The notes under the pieces were generated by a model, which was not told the DNA's origin, ran no database searches, and saw only the letters and a program-made list of their open reading frames with translations. Below are positions 1-8,866 of a stretch of DNA of 64,000 bases, one piece after another; the first letter of the stretch is position 1; every line of letters starts with the position of its first letter. The stretch spans positions 4,867 through 68,866 of the forward strand of contig JANXBY010000025.1 of NCBI GenBank assembly GCA_025060455.1. Reading direction: 5' to 3'. This stretch comes from Armatimonadota bacterium (GTDB taxonomy: Bacteria; Sysuimicrobiota; Sysuimicrobiia; Sysuimicrobiales; Sysuimicrobiaceae). Made by a program: the position numbers and the translations under genes.

Positions 1-1
1 G

Positions 2-1180
2 GCGCGGGACGCCTCCGGCAGGGCTGTACGGGGCCGGGCGCAGGCCCAGGACCGGCGGGAGCTGGCTGCGCTGCTACGCCGGCAGGGTCTGTTCCTCACC
101 TCTGTGGACGCGCACGAGGACAGCCCGAGCTCCGCAGTGCGCGTGAGCCTCCGGGCACGGGAGCTGGCGGAGTTCGCACACCACATGGCCACCCTGCTCG
201 GCGCCGGCCTCACCGTGTTCGCGGCCCTGCAGGCGGTGGAGGAGCACTCGGACACCGAGGACCTGCGTCGCCTGGCCCGAGCTCTACGGGAGGAGGTGGA
301 AAGGGGCAGCGCGCTGTCCGCAGCCCTGGACAGGGTCTGTCGTGGGCTCCCTCCGGTGTTCGTGGGAGTGGTTCAGAGCGGGGAGGCTACCGGACGGCTG
401 GACGCGGCCTTCCAGCGCCTGAGCGCTCACCTGGAGCGGGAGCTGGAGTTCCGGCGGAAGGTCCGGGACGCACTGGCGTACCCCGCGGTGGTGCTGGCGG
501 CGGCGGCGGTGGTGGTGGGGGTGTTCCTCGTCTACGTGGTCCCCGCGTTTGAACGGGTGTACAGGTCCGCGGGCGCCTCCCTTCCGCCCCTCACACAGGC
601 ACTGCTGGCGACAAGCGCGGCTGTGCGTTCCGCGCTCCCAGGACTGGCAGGCGTAGGAGTGTTTTTCGCGTGGCCGGCACTGAGGCAGGCCGGGTGGGCG
701 CTGCTGGGGCCTGCGGTGACCAGGTGGGTAGAGGGGTTGCCCGCGGTGGGGGCCCTCGTCAGAACCGCACGGGCAGGCCGTTTCCTCCACGCCCTGGGCG
801 CCGGCCTCACGGGGGGAGTGCCGCTGCTGACCGCGGTGGACGTCGCGGCGCGGGCAGCGGGGTGGCCAGCGTGGTCGGCGGTTTGCCGCGCGCGGCTGGA
901 GGGAGGAGGTCGGCTCAGCGACTCCTTGCGGCTGCTTCCAGGATTTCCACCCCTGGCGTCCCGCTTCGTGGGGCTCGGAGAGGAGTCCGGGAGGGTCGCC
1001 GACATGGTCCTGGAGGCGGCGCGCCTGCTCGACAGGGAGTTTGAACAGCGGGTCCGGCGCCTGCTTGCGGGCCTGGAGCCCGCCCTGACGATCGCCCTGG
1101 CCGTGGTGGTCGGGGGCATCTTGGCCGCCCTGTACATGCCCATCTTCGGGCTCGGCCGGGCTGTCCTCCGGGGTCAGTAG
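2..1180 (+). CDS. pilC: Type IV pilus / T2SS inner-membrane platform protein (PilC/GspF family), 5'-truncated by window edge
   Basis: Frame is open from base 2 (ARDASGRAVRGRA...LRRQGLFLTSV, a typical PilC N-terminus). Two T2SSF repeats (GESTGRLD-like SGEATGRLD, GEESGRV); C-terminal LEPALTI...ALYMPIF. Confidence 0.93.
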   Translation, partial: ARDASGRAVRGRAQAQDRRELAALLRRQGLFLTSVDAHEDSPSSAVRVSLRARELAEFAHHMATLLGAGLTVFAALQAVEEHSDTEDLRRLARALREEVERGSALSAALDRVCRGLPPVFVGVVQSGEATGRLDAAFQRLSAHLERELEFRRKVRDALAYPAVVLAAAAVVVGVFLVYVVPAFERVYRSAGASLPPLTQALLATSAAVRSALPGLAGVGVFFAWPALRQAGWALLGPAVTRWVEGLPAVGALVRTARAGRFLHALGAGLTGGVPLLTAVDVAARAAGWPAWSAVCRARLEGGGRLSDSLRLLPGFPPLASRFVGLGEESGRVADMVLEAARLLDREFEQRVRRLLAGLEPALTIALAVVVGGILAALYMPIFGLGRAVLRGQ

Positions 1181-1209
1181 AGGATCGGGGCCGTCGCAGG
1201 TTCCAAGTG

Positions 1210-1225
1210 TGGTACGAAACTTGCT
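1210..1225 (+). promoter_or_regulatory. sigma54 (RpoN) -24/-12 promoter upstream of the major pilin
   Basis: TGGTACGAAACTTGCT versus consensus TGGCACG-N4-TTGCW, with exact GG-N10-GC spacing, in the pilC-pilin intergenic gap. Confidence 0.75.
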
Positions 1226-1266
1226 CTAGACCAACTCGGGCACCGACAGACGAAGGAGGTGGAGGA

Positions 1267-1641
1267 ATGCGGATGCAGTACGTGCGCGACGAAAGAGGTC
1301 TCACCCTGGTGGAGCTGCTGGCGGTCATCCTCATCCTGGGGATCCTGGTGGCGGCGGCACTGCCCAACTTCTTGTCGGCGGAGGACAACGCCCGCGACGC
1401 GGTGGACCGTGCCAACGTGCGGTCCATCAACGCGGCCATCCAGCTGTACCGCTACCGGACGGGCGCTTGTCCCGCGAGCGGCGCGACGCTGTCCAGCGCC
1501 ATCCTAAACAACACCACGTACTTCCCGGACGGAGCGCCACAGGATCCCATTGACGGGTTCAACACGAGCAGCGTCACGCGGCCGGGTGACCCGTACCAGA
1601 ACGACTACAACGCCGCACAGTGCCGGGTGACCTTGGACTGA
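1267..1641 (+). CDS. pilA: Type IV major pilin (class III signal peptide)
   Basis: RDERG|LTLVELLAVILILGILVAAALPNF with E5; C-terminal Cys pair; GGAGG RBS before ATG 1267/1273. Confidence 0.85.
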   Translation: MRMQYVRDERGLTLVELLAVILILGILVAAALPNFLSAEDNARDAVDRANVRSINAAIQLYRYRTGACPASGATLSSAILNNTTYFPDGAPQDPIDGFNTSSVTRPGDPYQNDYNAAQCRVTLD

Positions 1642-1670
1642 GGGCCGCCGTGCCCGCCCTGCGGGCGAAG

Positions 1671-2111
1671 GTGGAGGGTCAGGACGGGCTGACACTGCTG
1701 GAAGCGGTCGCCGTCCTGATCCTCCTCGCAGTTCTGGCGGCGGTGGCGGTTCCAAATCTCGTCCCCACGGGGGCCGCGGTGCAGGCGGCAGGGCGTGAGC
1801 TGGCAGCGGATATGGGGATGGCCAGGCAGCTTGCGGTCTCAAGAGGCTTGGCGTACGTGGTCGAGTTCCAGCCACCCGGCGGTCCGTTCACCCGTTACAC
1901 CGTCAGAGCGGTAGCCGGCGCCGACGAGTCCGGGTTCCCCAAGGACCTGCCCGCGGGCGTGACCGCGTCCGGGCCCTCGATGGTGAGGTTCCTCCCCTCC
2001 GGGCAGGCAGACCTCTCCACGCCGTGGGCGGAGTGGCGGCTGGAAGCGGGATCGGAGTCTGCTACGGTGCGGCTGTGGGCCGTCACGGGGTACGCGAGGG
2101 CCAGCCGGTGA
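1671..2111 (+). CDS. Minor pilin, FimT/GspH-like
   Basis: QDG|LTLLEAVAVLILLAVLAAVAVP N-methylation motif; ARQLAVSRG and VRFLPSG motifs typical of GspH/FimT. Confidence 0.75.
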   Translation: MEGQDGLTLLEAVAVLILLAVLAAVAVPNLVPTGAAVQAAGRELAADMGMARQLAVSRGLAYVVEFQPPGGPFTRYTVRAVAGADESGFPKDLPAGVTASGPSMVRFLPSGQADLSTPWAEWRLEAGSESATVRLWAVTGYARASR

Positions 2112-2506
2112 ACCAGGGCGGTGCGACCCTGTTGGAGGTCGTGGTGAGTGTCCTGTTGTTGGCAGTGGCGCTCGTGCCGTTGTTGCAGCTGTACCCGCCG
2201 TTGCTGTCCGCGGGAACGGCACGAGAGGAGGTGACCCTGCTGGGTGCCGCGGCGTCGGGGAAGCTGGAAGAGCTGGCCCAGGGGCTCCGCGGGGGCTCCG
2301 TGGGCGTGGGCACGGGCACCCAGCCGTGCGCGGCACCTCCAGCTTGCCGGCTGTCGTACGGAGTCCAGCAGGTAGCGGTAGACCCACTGGGAGGCTGGCT
2401 GCGGCACGCGTGGGTGGTGGCCTGCCTGGACAGCAACGGGAACGGCGCGTGCGATTCCGGAGAGCCACAGGTGCGCTATGAGACGCGGGTCACTTCTCGG
2501 CCGTAG
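2108..2506 (+). CDS. Minor pilin, PilV/GspI-like
   Basis: QGG|ATLLEVVVSVLLLAVALVPLL; GTGA overlap with the upstream stop; two Cys pairs. Confidence 0.7.
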   Translation: MNQGGATLLEVVVSVLLLAVALVPLLQLYPPLLSAGTAREEVTLLGAAASGKLEELAQGLRGGSVGVGTGTQPCAAPPACRLSYGVQQVAVDPLGGWLRHAWVVACLDSNGNGACDSGEPQVRYETRVTSRP

Positions 2507-3023
2507 GTGGGCGGAAGCCGGCTTCACCCTGTTGGAGACGGCGGTGGTCGTGCTGCTCCTGAGCCTGGTGGTGGCGGGGGTGGTTCCCCTGCTGGCCTTG
2601 GGGGAAGAGGCTTACCAGGAGGCGTGGCGCCGTCAGGAGATGCTGCGAAACACCCGGGTGGCCCTGGACCGGCTGGCTGCCGATTTCGCTCGCGCTTCGG
2701 CCGTTCACCAGGCGGCGTCTGCGCGCCTCCGGTTCGAGGTGGTCACGCAGACAGGGCCACAGACCGTCGAGTTCGCCCTCCTGCCGGACGGGGACCTCAC
2801 TTACCGGGTCGGCAGCAGCCCGGCACAGCCCCTGGCCGGACCGTTCGCTGCCGTGGACGTCCGGTGCCTGGACGGAGCGGGAGTCTCGGTAGACTGCTCA
2901 GACCTGCCGAGAGTCCGCCAGTTGGAACTCCAGCTGGAAGCCGCAGACCCCCAGCCGGACCCGGTCCGCGGGCCGGTGCCCAACCTCCGCGTGACCACCC
3001 GGGTCGCCAGGAGGCTTCCGTGA
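2478..3023 (+). CDS. Minor pilin, PilW/GspJ-like
   Basis: EAG|FTLLETAVVVLLLSLVV; RVALDRLAADFARA helix typical of PilW/GspJ. Confidence 0.72.
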   Translation: MRRGSLLGRRWAEAGFTLLETAVVVLLLSLVVAGVVPLLALGEEAYQEAWRRQEMLRNTRVALDRLAADFARASAVHQAASARLRFEVVTQTGPQTVEFALLPDGDLTYRVGSSPAQPLAGPFAAVDVRCLDGAGVSVDCSDLPRVRQLELQLEAADPQPDPVRGPVPNLRVTTRVARRLP

Positions 3024-3496
3024 TTGCGAGTGGACCGCCCAGGCAGGAAGCGGGGTTTGCGTTCCCCTTGACCCTGTTCGCGCTGACGGTGATGGCGTTG
3101 CTCACCGCGGCACTCGCCGGCGTGACGTCCGCGGAGCTGGAAAGCGGGCGGCTGTGGGAGTGGGACCGCCGGGCGCTGTACGCCGCGGAGGCCGGGGTGG
3201 AGCACCAACTGTTCCAGCTGAAGCGAGACCGGCTGGCTGGGCCTGTCGGCCTGGTGAGCTTGGGCGGGACGCCGCTGGATGTCCGGTACGTGGTGGGGCT
3301 GGCTCCGGCCGGTCCCGGAGGAATCTGCACCGCGGACCCTGGAGCCGACGAGAGTTGGTGGGAGGTTACCTCCCGAGGACAGCTGTGGCAGGGAGCCAGC
3401 CTCGTCCACGAGCGGAGGGTGACGGCCCTGGTGGAGATCCGGTACGCCGTCCTCGTGCCGCTGCACGTCACCGTCTGCCGCTGGAGCCTCGACTGA
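3020..3496 (+). CDS. Minor pilin, PilX/GspK-like
   Basis: QEAG|FAFPLTLFAL lacks E5, as PilX/GspK do; RALYAAEAGVE PilX N-terminal motif; GTGA overlap. Confidence 0.72.
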   Translation: MIASGPPRQEAGFAFPLTLFALTVMALLTAALAGVTSAELESGRLWEWDRRALYAAEAGVEHQLFQLKRDRLAGPVGLVSLGGTPLDVRYVVGLAPAGPGGICTADPGADESWWEVTSRGQLWQGASLVHERRVTALVEIRYAVLVPLHVTVCRWSLD

Positions 3497-3500
3497 GCGC

Positions 3501-3530
3501 CTGACAGTCGGTCTCAGACACCTGTAGAAT
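3501..3530 (+). promoter_or_regulatory. sigma70-type promoter for nusB, probably (near-)leaderless
   Basis: CTGACA-18bp-TAGAAT; ATG lies 9 nt after the -10 and has no SD. Confidence 0.55.
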
Positions 3531-3539
3531 GGCCTTGCC

Positions 3540-3998
3540 ATGGCCAGCCGTCACAAGGCGCGGCAGGCGGTGCTGCAGGTCCTCTACCAGGCGGAGGTGG
3601 GCCGCCACCGGGTGGAGGACGTGTTGGCCCGCTACGCGGACGGGTGGACGCCGCCCGAGGACGGCCCGCCGGAGCCGTGGGACGAGGACGACTGGCGCTT
3701 CCTGGTCCGCCTCAGCCGCGGCGCGTGGGAAGGGCGCCAGGAGGCCGACCGCCTGATCGACCGGTTCGCGGAAGGGTGGACCGCGGACCGGCTCGCCCGG
3801 GTGGACCTGTGCATCCTCCGCATGGCCATCCACGAGCTGCTGCACTTCGACACCCCTCCCGGGGTGGTGATCAACGAGGCCGTGGAGCTCGCAAAGCGGT
3901 ACAGCACCGAGGACTCCGGCCGGTTCGTGAACGGGATCCTCGGGCGGGTGTACCGGGAGGTGGTGGTGCCCCGCAAACAGCCCGCACCGTCCTCCTGA
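3540..3998 (+). CDS. nusB: Transcription antitermination factor NusB
   Basis: RHKARQAVLQVLYQ, RLARVDLCILRMA, VINEAVELAKRYSTEDSGRFVNGIL. Confidence 0.96.
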   Translation: MASRHKARQAVLQVLYQAEVGRHRVEDVLARYADGWTPPEDGPPEPWDEDDWRFLVRLSRGAWEGRQEADRLIDRFAEGWTADRLARVDLCILRMAIHELLHFDTPPGVVINEAVELAKRYSTEDSGRFVNGILGRVYREVVVPRKQPAPSS

Positions 3999-4072
3999 AG
4001 CCCACCCCGGTGTCCTGGCGCCCCGCCTACTCAGCGCGCGGCAGGGGGTGATAACGTAGGCGGGGAGGAGGA

Positions 4073-4378
4073 ATGTCGCGGGAGTCCCCGGTACGCGGAG
4101 GGCGCACGGTGCGGGCCCGGGCGGTGCTGTCCGGCCGGGTGCAGGGCGTGGGCTTCCGCTTCTTCGCGGAGGAGTGGGCGGAGCGCCTGGGGGTGGGAGG
4201 GTACGCGCGTAACCTCCCCGACGGCCGGCTGGAGGTGGTGGCTGAGGGGCCGGAGGAGGCGGTGCGGGAGTTTCTGAACGCGGTGCGGCGGGGGCCCCGC
4301 AGCGCGGTGGTCACGGGTGTGGAGCTGCACTGGGAGCCGCCGGCGGGCGAGCGTACCTTCCGCATCCGGTACTCGTAG
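4073..4378 (+). CDS. acyP: Acylphosphatase
   Basis: SGRVQGVGFR signature, GYARNLPDGRLEV, RRGPRSAVV. Confidence 0.93.
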   Translation: MSRESPVRGGRTVRARAVLSGRVQGVGFRFFAEEWAERLGVGGYARNLPDGRLEVVAEGPEEAVREFLNAVRRGPRSAVVTGVELHWEPPAGERTFRIRYS

Positions 4379-4459
4379 CGTGTCGCGAAAGCTACGCGCC
4401 AGCGCGACCGCAGGGCCGGCCTGTCCTCGGGACAGGGGGTCGCTCTGATCGGTTCCCGG

Positions 4460-5338
4460 GTGGAGGCGTTCCTGGAGGAGGCGGGCCGCCGGGTGGACGC
4501 GGCCCTGGACTCGTTGCTGCCGCCCGCACAGGCCGAGCCGCGTCTACTGCACGAGGCCGTCCGGTACAGCGTGTTCGCAGGCGGAAAACGCTTCCGTCCC
4601 GCCCTGGTGCTGGCGTCCGCGGAGGCCTGCGGCCTGGACCCCGAGACGGTCCTCCCGGTGGCGTGCGCGGTGGAGGCGGTGCACACCTACTCCCTGATCC
4701 ACGACGACCTCCCGAGCATGGACAACGCGGACTGGCGGCGGGGCTGGCCCACCTGCCACGTCCGGTACGGGGAAGCCATCGCGGTGCTGGCCGGCGACGC
4801 CCTGCACGACATGGCGTTTGAGTGGATCCTCGCCGCGGGCGACCGGCTGGGGCCGCCCGAGCGTGTGCTGCGGGTGGCGTTGGACCTCGCCACGGCCCTG
4901 GGCACCGGCGGGATGGTGGGCGGCCAGGTGCTGGACCTGCTCGCGGAACGGGGCGTCGTGCCCGCGGAGTGGGTCCCGGAGATCCACCGGAGGAAGACCG
5001 GGTGCCTGATCCGCGCGTGCGCGCGGGTGGGACCTCTTCTGAGCGGACGCGAGGACGAGCTCGCGTGTCTGACCGCGTACGGCGAACACCTGGGGTTGGC
5101 GTTCCAGATCACCGACGATGTCCTGGACGTGGTGGGCGAACAGGAGAAGCTGGGCAAGCGCACGGGGTCCGACCAGGCGGCCAGCAAGGTCACCTTCCCA
5201 CGGGTGTTCGGGCTGGAGCGGGCGCGGGAGATGGCGCGGGAGCAGGCGCAGGCCGCGGTGGCGGCCATCGCGCCCCTCGGACCGCGGGGCCAGCTGCTGG
5301 CGGAGTTGGCCCGCTTCGTGGTGGAGCGCGACCGGTAG
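4460..5338 (+). CDS. ispA: Polyprenyl (farnesyl/geranylgeranyl) diphosphate synthase
   Basis: GGKRFRP, SLIHDDLPSMDNADWRRG (FARM), KTG, FQITDDVLD (SARM). Confidence 0.93.
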   Translation: MEAFLEEAGRRVDAALDSLLPPAQAEPRLLHEAVRYSVFAGGKRFRPALVLASAEACGLDPETVLPVACAVEAVHTYSLIHDDLPSMDNADWRRGWPTCHVRYGEAIAVLAGDALHDMAFEWILAAGDRLGPPERVLRVALDLATALGTGGMVGGQVLDLLAERGVVPAEWVPEIHRRKTGCLIRACARVGPLLSGREDELACLTAYGEHLGLAFQITDDVLDVVGEQEKLGKRTGSDQAASKVTFPRVFGLERAREMAREQAQAAVAAIAPLGPRGQLLAELARFVVERDR

Positions 5339-5372
5339 GGCTTTGCACGCGGGGACGGCTCGAAGGGCACAG

Positions 5373-6194
5373 TTGGCCGCGGCGCGACCGGCGCGGAAGC
5401 GGCTGGACGTGCTGCTGGTGGAGCGGGGCCTGGCGCCCACCCGCGAGCGGGCGCAGGCGCTCATCCTCGCCGGCCGGGTGCGGGTGGACGGCCGGCGGGT
5501 GGACAAGGCAGGCGCGCAGGTGGCGGAACACGCCCTCGTGGAGGTCGAAAGACCGCCGCACCCGTACGTGAGCCGCGGCGGGCTGAAGCTGGAGGCGGCA
5601 CTCCTGCGGTTCGGGCTGGACGTGCGGGGCGTGGTGGCCTTGGACCTGGGTGCTGGGACCGGGGGGTTTACAGACTGCCTGCTGCAGCGCGGGGCCCGGA
5701 AGGTGTACGCGGTGGACGTCGGACGGGGCCAGCTGCACCCGAAGCTGCGCACCGACCCGCGGGTGGTAGTGCTGGAGCGGACCCACGCCAGGCTCCTGGA
5801 CCCGCACCTGGTGCCGGAGCCCATTGACTTCGCGTGCGCGGACGTGTCGTTCATCTCGTTGCTGAAGGCGCTGCCGCCGGTGGTGCCGTTGTTGCGCCCG
5901 GGCGCGACTGTGGTGGCCCTGGTGAAGCCGCCGTTTGAAGCTGGCCGGGGCGTGGCGCGGCGCGGGGTGGTGCGGGACCCGGAAGTGCACCGCGCGGTGC
6001 TGCGGAACGTGGCCCGGGGCCTGGAGCAGCACGGCCTAGGGGCGCAGGACGTCACACCCTCGCCCATCCTCGGCGACAAGGGCAACGTGGAGTTCCTGCT
6101 GCTGCTGCGGAAGGGCGTGCCCCGGTCCCTCCAGGACGAAGACGTGGACCGCGCGGTGGCGGAGGCACACGGGAGGTTCCTGACGGAGGCGTAG
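5373..6194 (+). CDS. tlyA: TlyA family rRNA 2'-O-methyltransferase (S4 + FtsJ domains)
   Basis: RKRLDVLLVERGL, YVSRGGLKL, LDLGAGTGGFTDCLLQRGA, VDVGRGQL, LVKP, GDKGNVEF; TTG start inferred. Confidence 0.92.
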   Translation: MAAARPARKRLDVLLVERGLAPTRERAQALILAGRVRVDGRRVDKAGAQVAEHALVEVERPPHPYVSRGGLKLEAALLRFGLDVRGVVALDLGAGTGGFTDCLLQRGARKVYAVDVGRGQLHPKLRTDPRVVVLERTHARLLDPHLVPEPIDFACADVSFISLLKALPPVVPLLRPGATVVALVKPPFEAGRGVARRGVVRDPEVHRAVLRNVARGLEQHGLGAQDVTPSPILGDKGNVEFLLLLRKGVPRSLQDEDVDRAVAEAHGRFLTEA

Positions 6195-6196
6195 GC

Positions 6197-7066
6197 GTGC
6201 GCAGCGTGGGCGTGGTGGTGAACCCAGAGAAGGTGCAACAGAACCCGGAGGTGGTGGTGCGGGTCCGGCAGGTGCTGGCCGCCCTGCTTCGGTGCGGGCT
6301 CGCGGTGCGGGTGAACGAGGACGGCGCGCGGGCGGTGGGCGCGGAGGAGTTGGCGGCCACCGAGCAGGAGCTGGCGGACCTGTCCGACGCCCTGGTGGTG
6401 GTGGGCGGGGACGGCACTATCCTGCGGGCCGCGCGCACCGGCGCGGTCCGCGGGGTTCCGGTGCTCGGGGTGAACGTGGGCGGGTTCGGGTTTCTCGCGG
6501 AGGTGGGGCTGGACGAGCTCCAGGACGCCGTGGACCGGCTGGTGGCGGGGCGCCACGCGGTGGAAGAGCGCATGATGCTGGCCGCGGAGGTGGTGCGGGA
6601 CGGTGGCGTGGCCGAGCGGTACCTGGCGCTCAACGACATGGTGCTGACCAAGGGCGGCTACGCGCGGCTTATGCCCCTGCGCGTGTGCGTGAACGGAGAG
6701 CACCTGGCCACCTACCTGGCGGACGGCCTCATCGTGTCCACGCCCACCGGATCCACCGCGTACAACCTGTCCGCGGGGGGGCCTATCCTGAGCCCCGGGG
6801 TGCGTGCCCTGGTGATCACCCCCATCTGCCCCCACACCCTCACCGCGCGGCCAGTGGTGGTGGACGCGGACGACGTGGCCACCGTGGAGGTGGCCACCGG
6901 GGTGGAGGGGGTGCTGCTGACCGTGGACGGGCAGGTGGGCTGTCCGCTGCGGGGCGGGGATGTGGTGCGGGTGCACAGAGCGGAGGAACGGGCCCGATTG
7001 GTGCGGCTGAAGCCGCCGTCGTTTTACGAGCTGCTGCGACGGAAGTTCGCGTGGGGAGAGCGGTAG
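6197..7066 (+). CDS. nadK: NAD kinase
   Basis: GGDGTIL, GVNVGGFGFL, LND, ADGLIVSTPTGSTAYNLSAGGP. Confidence 0.96.
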   Translation: MRSVGVVVNPEKVQQNPEVVVRVRQVLAALLRCGLAVRVNEDGARAVGAEELAATEQELADLSDALVVVGGDGTILRAARTGAVRGVPVLGVNVGGFGFLAEVGLDELQDAVDRLVAGRHAVEERMMLAAEVVRDGGVAERYLALNDMVLTKGGYARLMPLRVCVNGEHLATYLADGLIVSTPTGSTAYNLSAGGPILSPGVRALVITPICPHTLTARPVVVDADDVATVEVATGVEGVLLTVDGQVGCPLRGGDVVRVHRAEERARLVRLKPPSFYELLRRKFAWGER

Positions 7067-7106
7067 GACGCATCCGGCCGGGGCACGCCGGCTTGCGGAG
7101 TCGGGG

Positions 7107-8810
7107 GTGAGTCGGGTGCTGCGGGAGCTGCATGCCCGTGACTTCGTGCTGCTGGACGACGTGCGGGTGGAGTTCGGCCCGGGCCTGAACGTGCTCACGG
7201 GCGAGACGGGGGCCGGCAAGTCCATGCTGGTGGACGCTCTCGGCGCGATCCTGGGACAACGGACCCCTTCCGACGTGGTGCGTGGTGGGGCCACCTGCGC
7301 GCGGGTGGCCGCGGTGTTCGACCCGCGGCCGGCGCCGCGCCTGCGCGCCGTGGTGGAGGAGCTGGGCCTGCCGTGGGAAGACGACGGGTTGGTGCTGGTC
7401 CGGGAGGTGGGCGGCCGGTCCCGCGCCTACGTGAACGGCGAGCCCACCACGGTGGGCGTGCTGCGCCGTCTGGGATCTTTCCTCGCGGAGATCCACGGCC
7501 AGCACGAAGGGCAGCGGTTGCTGGAGCCTGCGTCTCACCGCGCGCTGCTGGACGAGTTCGGCGCGGACGAGGTGCTGTCGCGCCGTGCCGTGGTGGAGGC
7601 GCTCTTTGGCCGGTGGCGGGCGCTGCGGGAAGAGCTGCGAGCCCTGGACGTGGGCGAACGGGAGCGGGCCCAGCGGGTGGATCTGCTGCGGTTTCAGGTG
7701 TCCGAGATCGACGCGGTGCGACCTCGGCCCGGAGAGGTGGAGGAGCTCTCACAGCTACGCATCCGCCTACTGAACGCCGAGCGGCTGCGGGAGTCGGTGA
7801 CCGCGGCGTATGAAGCCCTGTACGGGGGCGAGGGGGCTGCCGCGGACCGTGTGGGGCGGGCTCTGGGGCTGCTGCGGCAGGCGGCGGCCTGGGACCCTGC
7901 CCTCGTTCCTGTGGCGGAGGCCCTGGAGGCGGTGGAAGCACAGCTCGTGGACCTTTCCCGGGAGGTGCGGGCGGCCGTGGAGCGCACCGAAGGTGACCCC
8001 GGCCGCCTGGACGAGGTGGAAGGCCGGATCGCGGCCCTCCGGAGCCTGCTGCGCAAGTACGGGGACACGGTGGAAGCGGTCCTGGACTACCGGGAACGAG
8101 TTGCGCGGGAGCTCGCCGTGCTGGAAAACGCGGACAGCCGGCGCGGGGAGGTGGAGCGGGAGCTGGGCCAGGTGGAAGCGCAGCTGGAGGCAGCCGTGGG
8201 AGAACTGTCTGCAGCCCGGGTCCAGGCGGCCCGCCGTCTGGAGAAGGCAGTGCTGCGCCACCTGCAGGACCTGGCCATGCCCGCCGCGCGGTTCAGGGTC
8301 CAGCTGGAGGCTTCGGAGGATCCCGAAGGGTTGCCGGTGGGAGGGCGTCGGCTTGCTGTGGGGCCGTGGGGAGCGGACCGGGTGGAGTTCCTGCTGTCCG
8401 CCAACCCAGGGGAACCCCCTCGGCCGCTGCATCGGGTGGCCTCCGGCGGGGAGCTGTCCCGCGTGATGCTGGCCCTGCGCACCGTCCTGGCCAGAGCGGA
8501 CCCTCCCGCGGTGATGGTGTTTGACGAGGTGGACGCGGGCGTCGGCGGCCGCACGGGCCACGTCATCGGGGCCAAGCTCGCCGAGCTCGCGGGGGTGTGT
8601 CAGGTGCTGTGCGTCACCCACCAGCCGCAGATCGCGGCGCTGGCGCACCACCACCTGGCGGTGCGGAAGGTCACCCAGCGCGGCAGGACCCGCATCGCGG
8701 TGGAGGTCCTGCAGGGCGAGGACCGGGTGGACGAGATCGCCCGCATGCTCGCCGGCCCCACACCTACGGAGACCGCCCGCCGCCACGCCCGCGAGTTGCT
8801 GAGGTTGTAG
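7107..8810 (+). CDS. recN: DNA repair protein RecN
   Basis: Walker A GETGAGKS, IHGQHE Q-loop, ASGGELSRVML signature, FDEVDAGVGG, VTHQPQIAA. Confidence 0.97.
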   Translation: MSRVLRELHARDFVLLDDVRVEFGPGLNVLTGETGAGKSMLVDALGAILGQRTPSDVVRGGATCARVAAVFDPRPAPRLRAVVEELGLPWEDDGLVLVREVGGRSRAYVNGEPTTVGVLRRLGSFLAEIHGQHEGQRLLEPASHRALLDEFGADEVLSRRAVVEALFGRWRALREELRALDVGERERAQRVDLLRFQVSEIDAVRPRPGEVEELSQLRIRLLNAERLRESVTAAYEALYGGEGAAADRVGRALGLLRQAAAWDPALVPVAEALEAVEAQLVDLSREVRAAVERTEGDPGRLDEVEGRIAALRSLLRKYGDTVEAVLDYRERVARELAVLENADSRRGEVERELGQVEAQLEAAVGELSAARVQAARRLEKAVLRHLQDLAMPAARFRVQLEASEDPEGLPVGGRRLAVGPWGADRVEFLLSANPGEPPRPLHRVASGGELSRVMLALRTVLARADPPAVMVFDEVDAGVGGRTGHVIGAKLAELAGVCQVLCVTHQPQIAALAHHHLAVRKVTQRGRTRIAVEVLQGEDRVDEIARMLAGPTPTETARRHARELLRL

Positions 8811-8843
8811 GCGGGTCCCCGCACCTTCGGGTGACGCAGACCG

Positions 8844-8866
8844 TTGACAGGCGTTATATATTATAA
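8844..8866 (+). promoter_or_regulatory. Promoter/operator patch upstream of gntR
   Basis: TTGACA at 8844-8849 followed by the AT-rich near-palindrome TTATATATTATAA (8854-8866), conspicuous in GC-rich DNA; -35/-10 spacing is not canonical. Confidence 0.5.

Noticed and set aside
1207-1266. Extended N-terminus of the pilin from GTG 1207
   Set aside because: It overlaps the sigma54 promoter; the RBS supports ATG 1267/1273.
4544-7294. 916-aa minus-strand ORF and similar long antisense or alternate-frame ORFs (e.g. 20671-22614, 36959-38548, 50412-52304, 56878-58587, 58742-60343)
   Set aside because: They mirror well-supported genes on the other strand or frame, are Arg/Pro/Gly-rich with no motifs, and are expected shadow ORFs in very GC-rich DNA.
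8852-8866. Possible Bacillus-type PerR box (TTATAATnATTATAA) upstream of gntR
   Set aside because: Only the right half (ATTATAA) matches; the left half is 2/7. Better read as a GntR operator or promoter AT patch.
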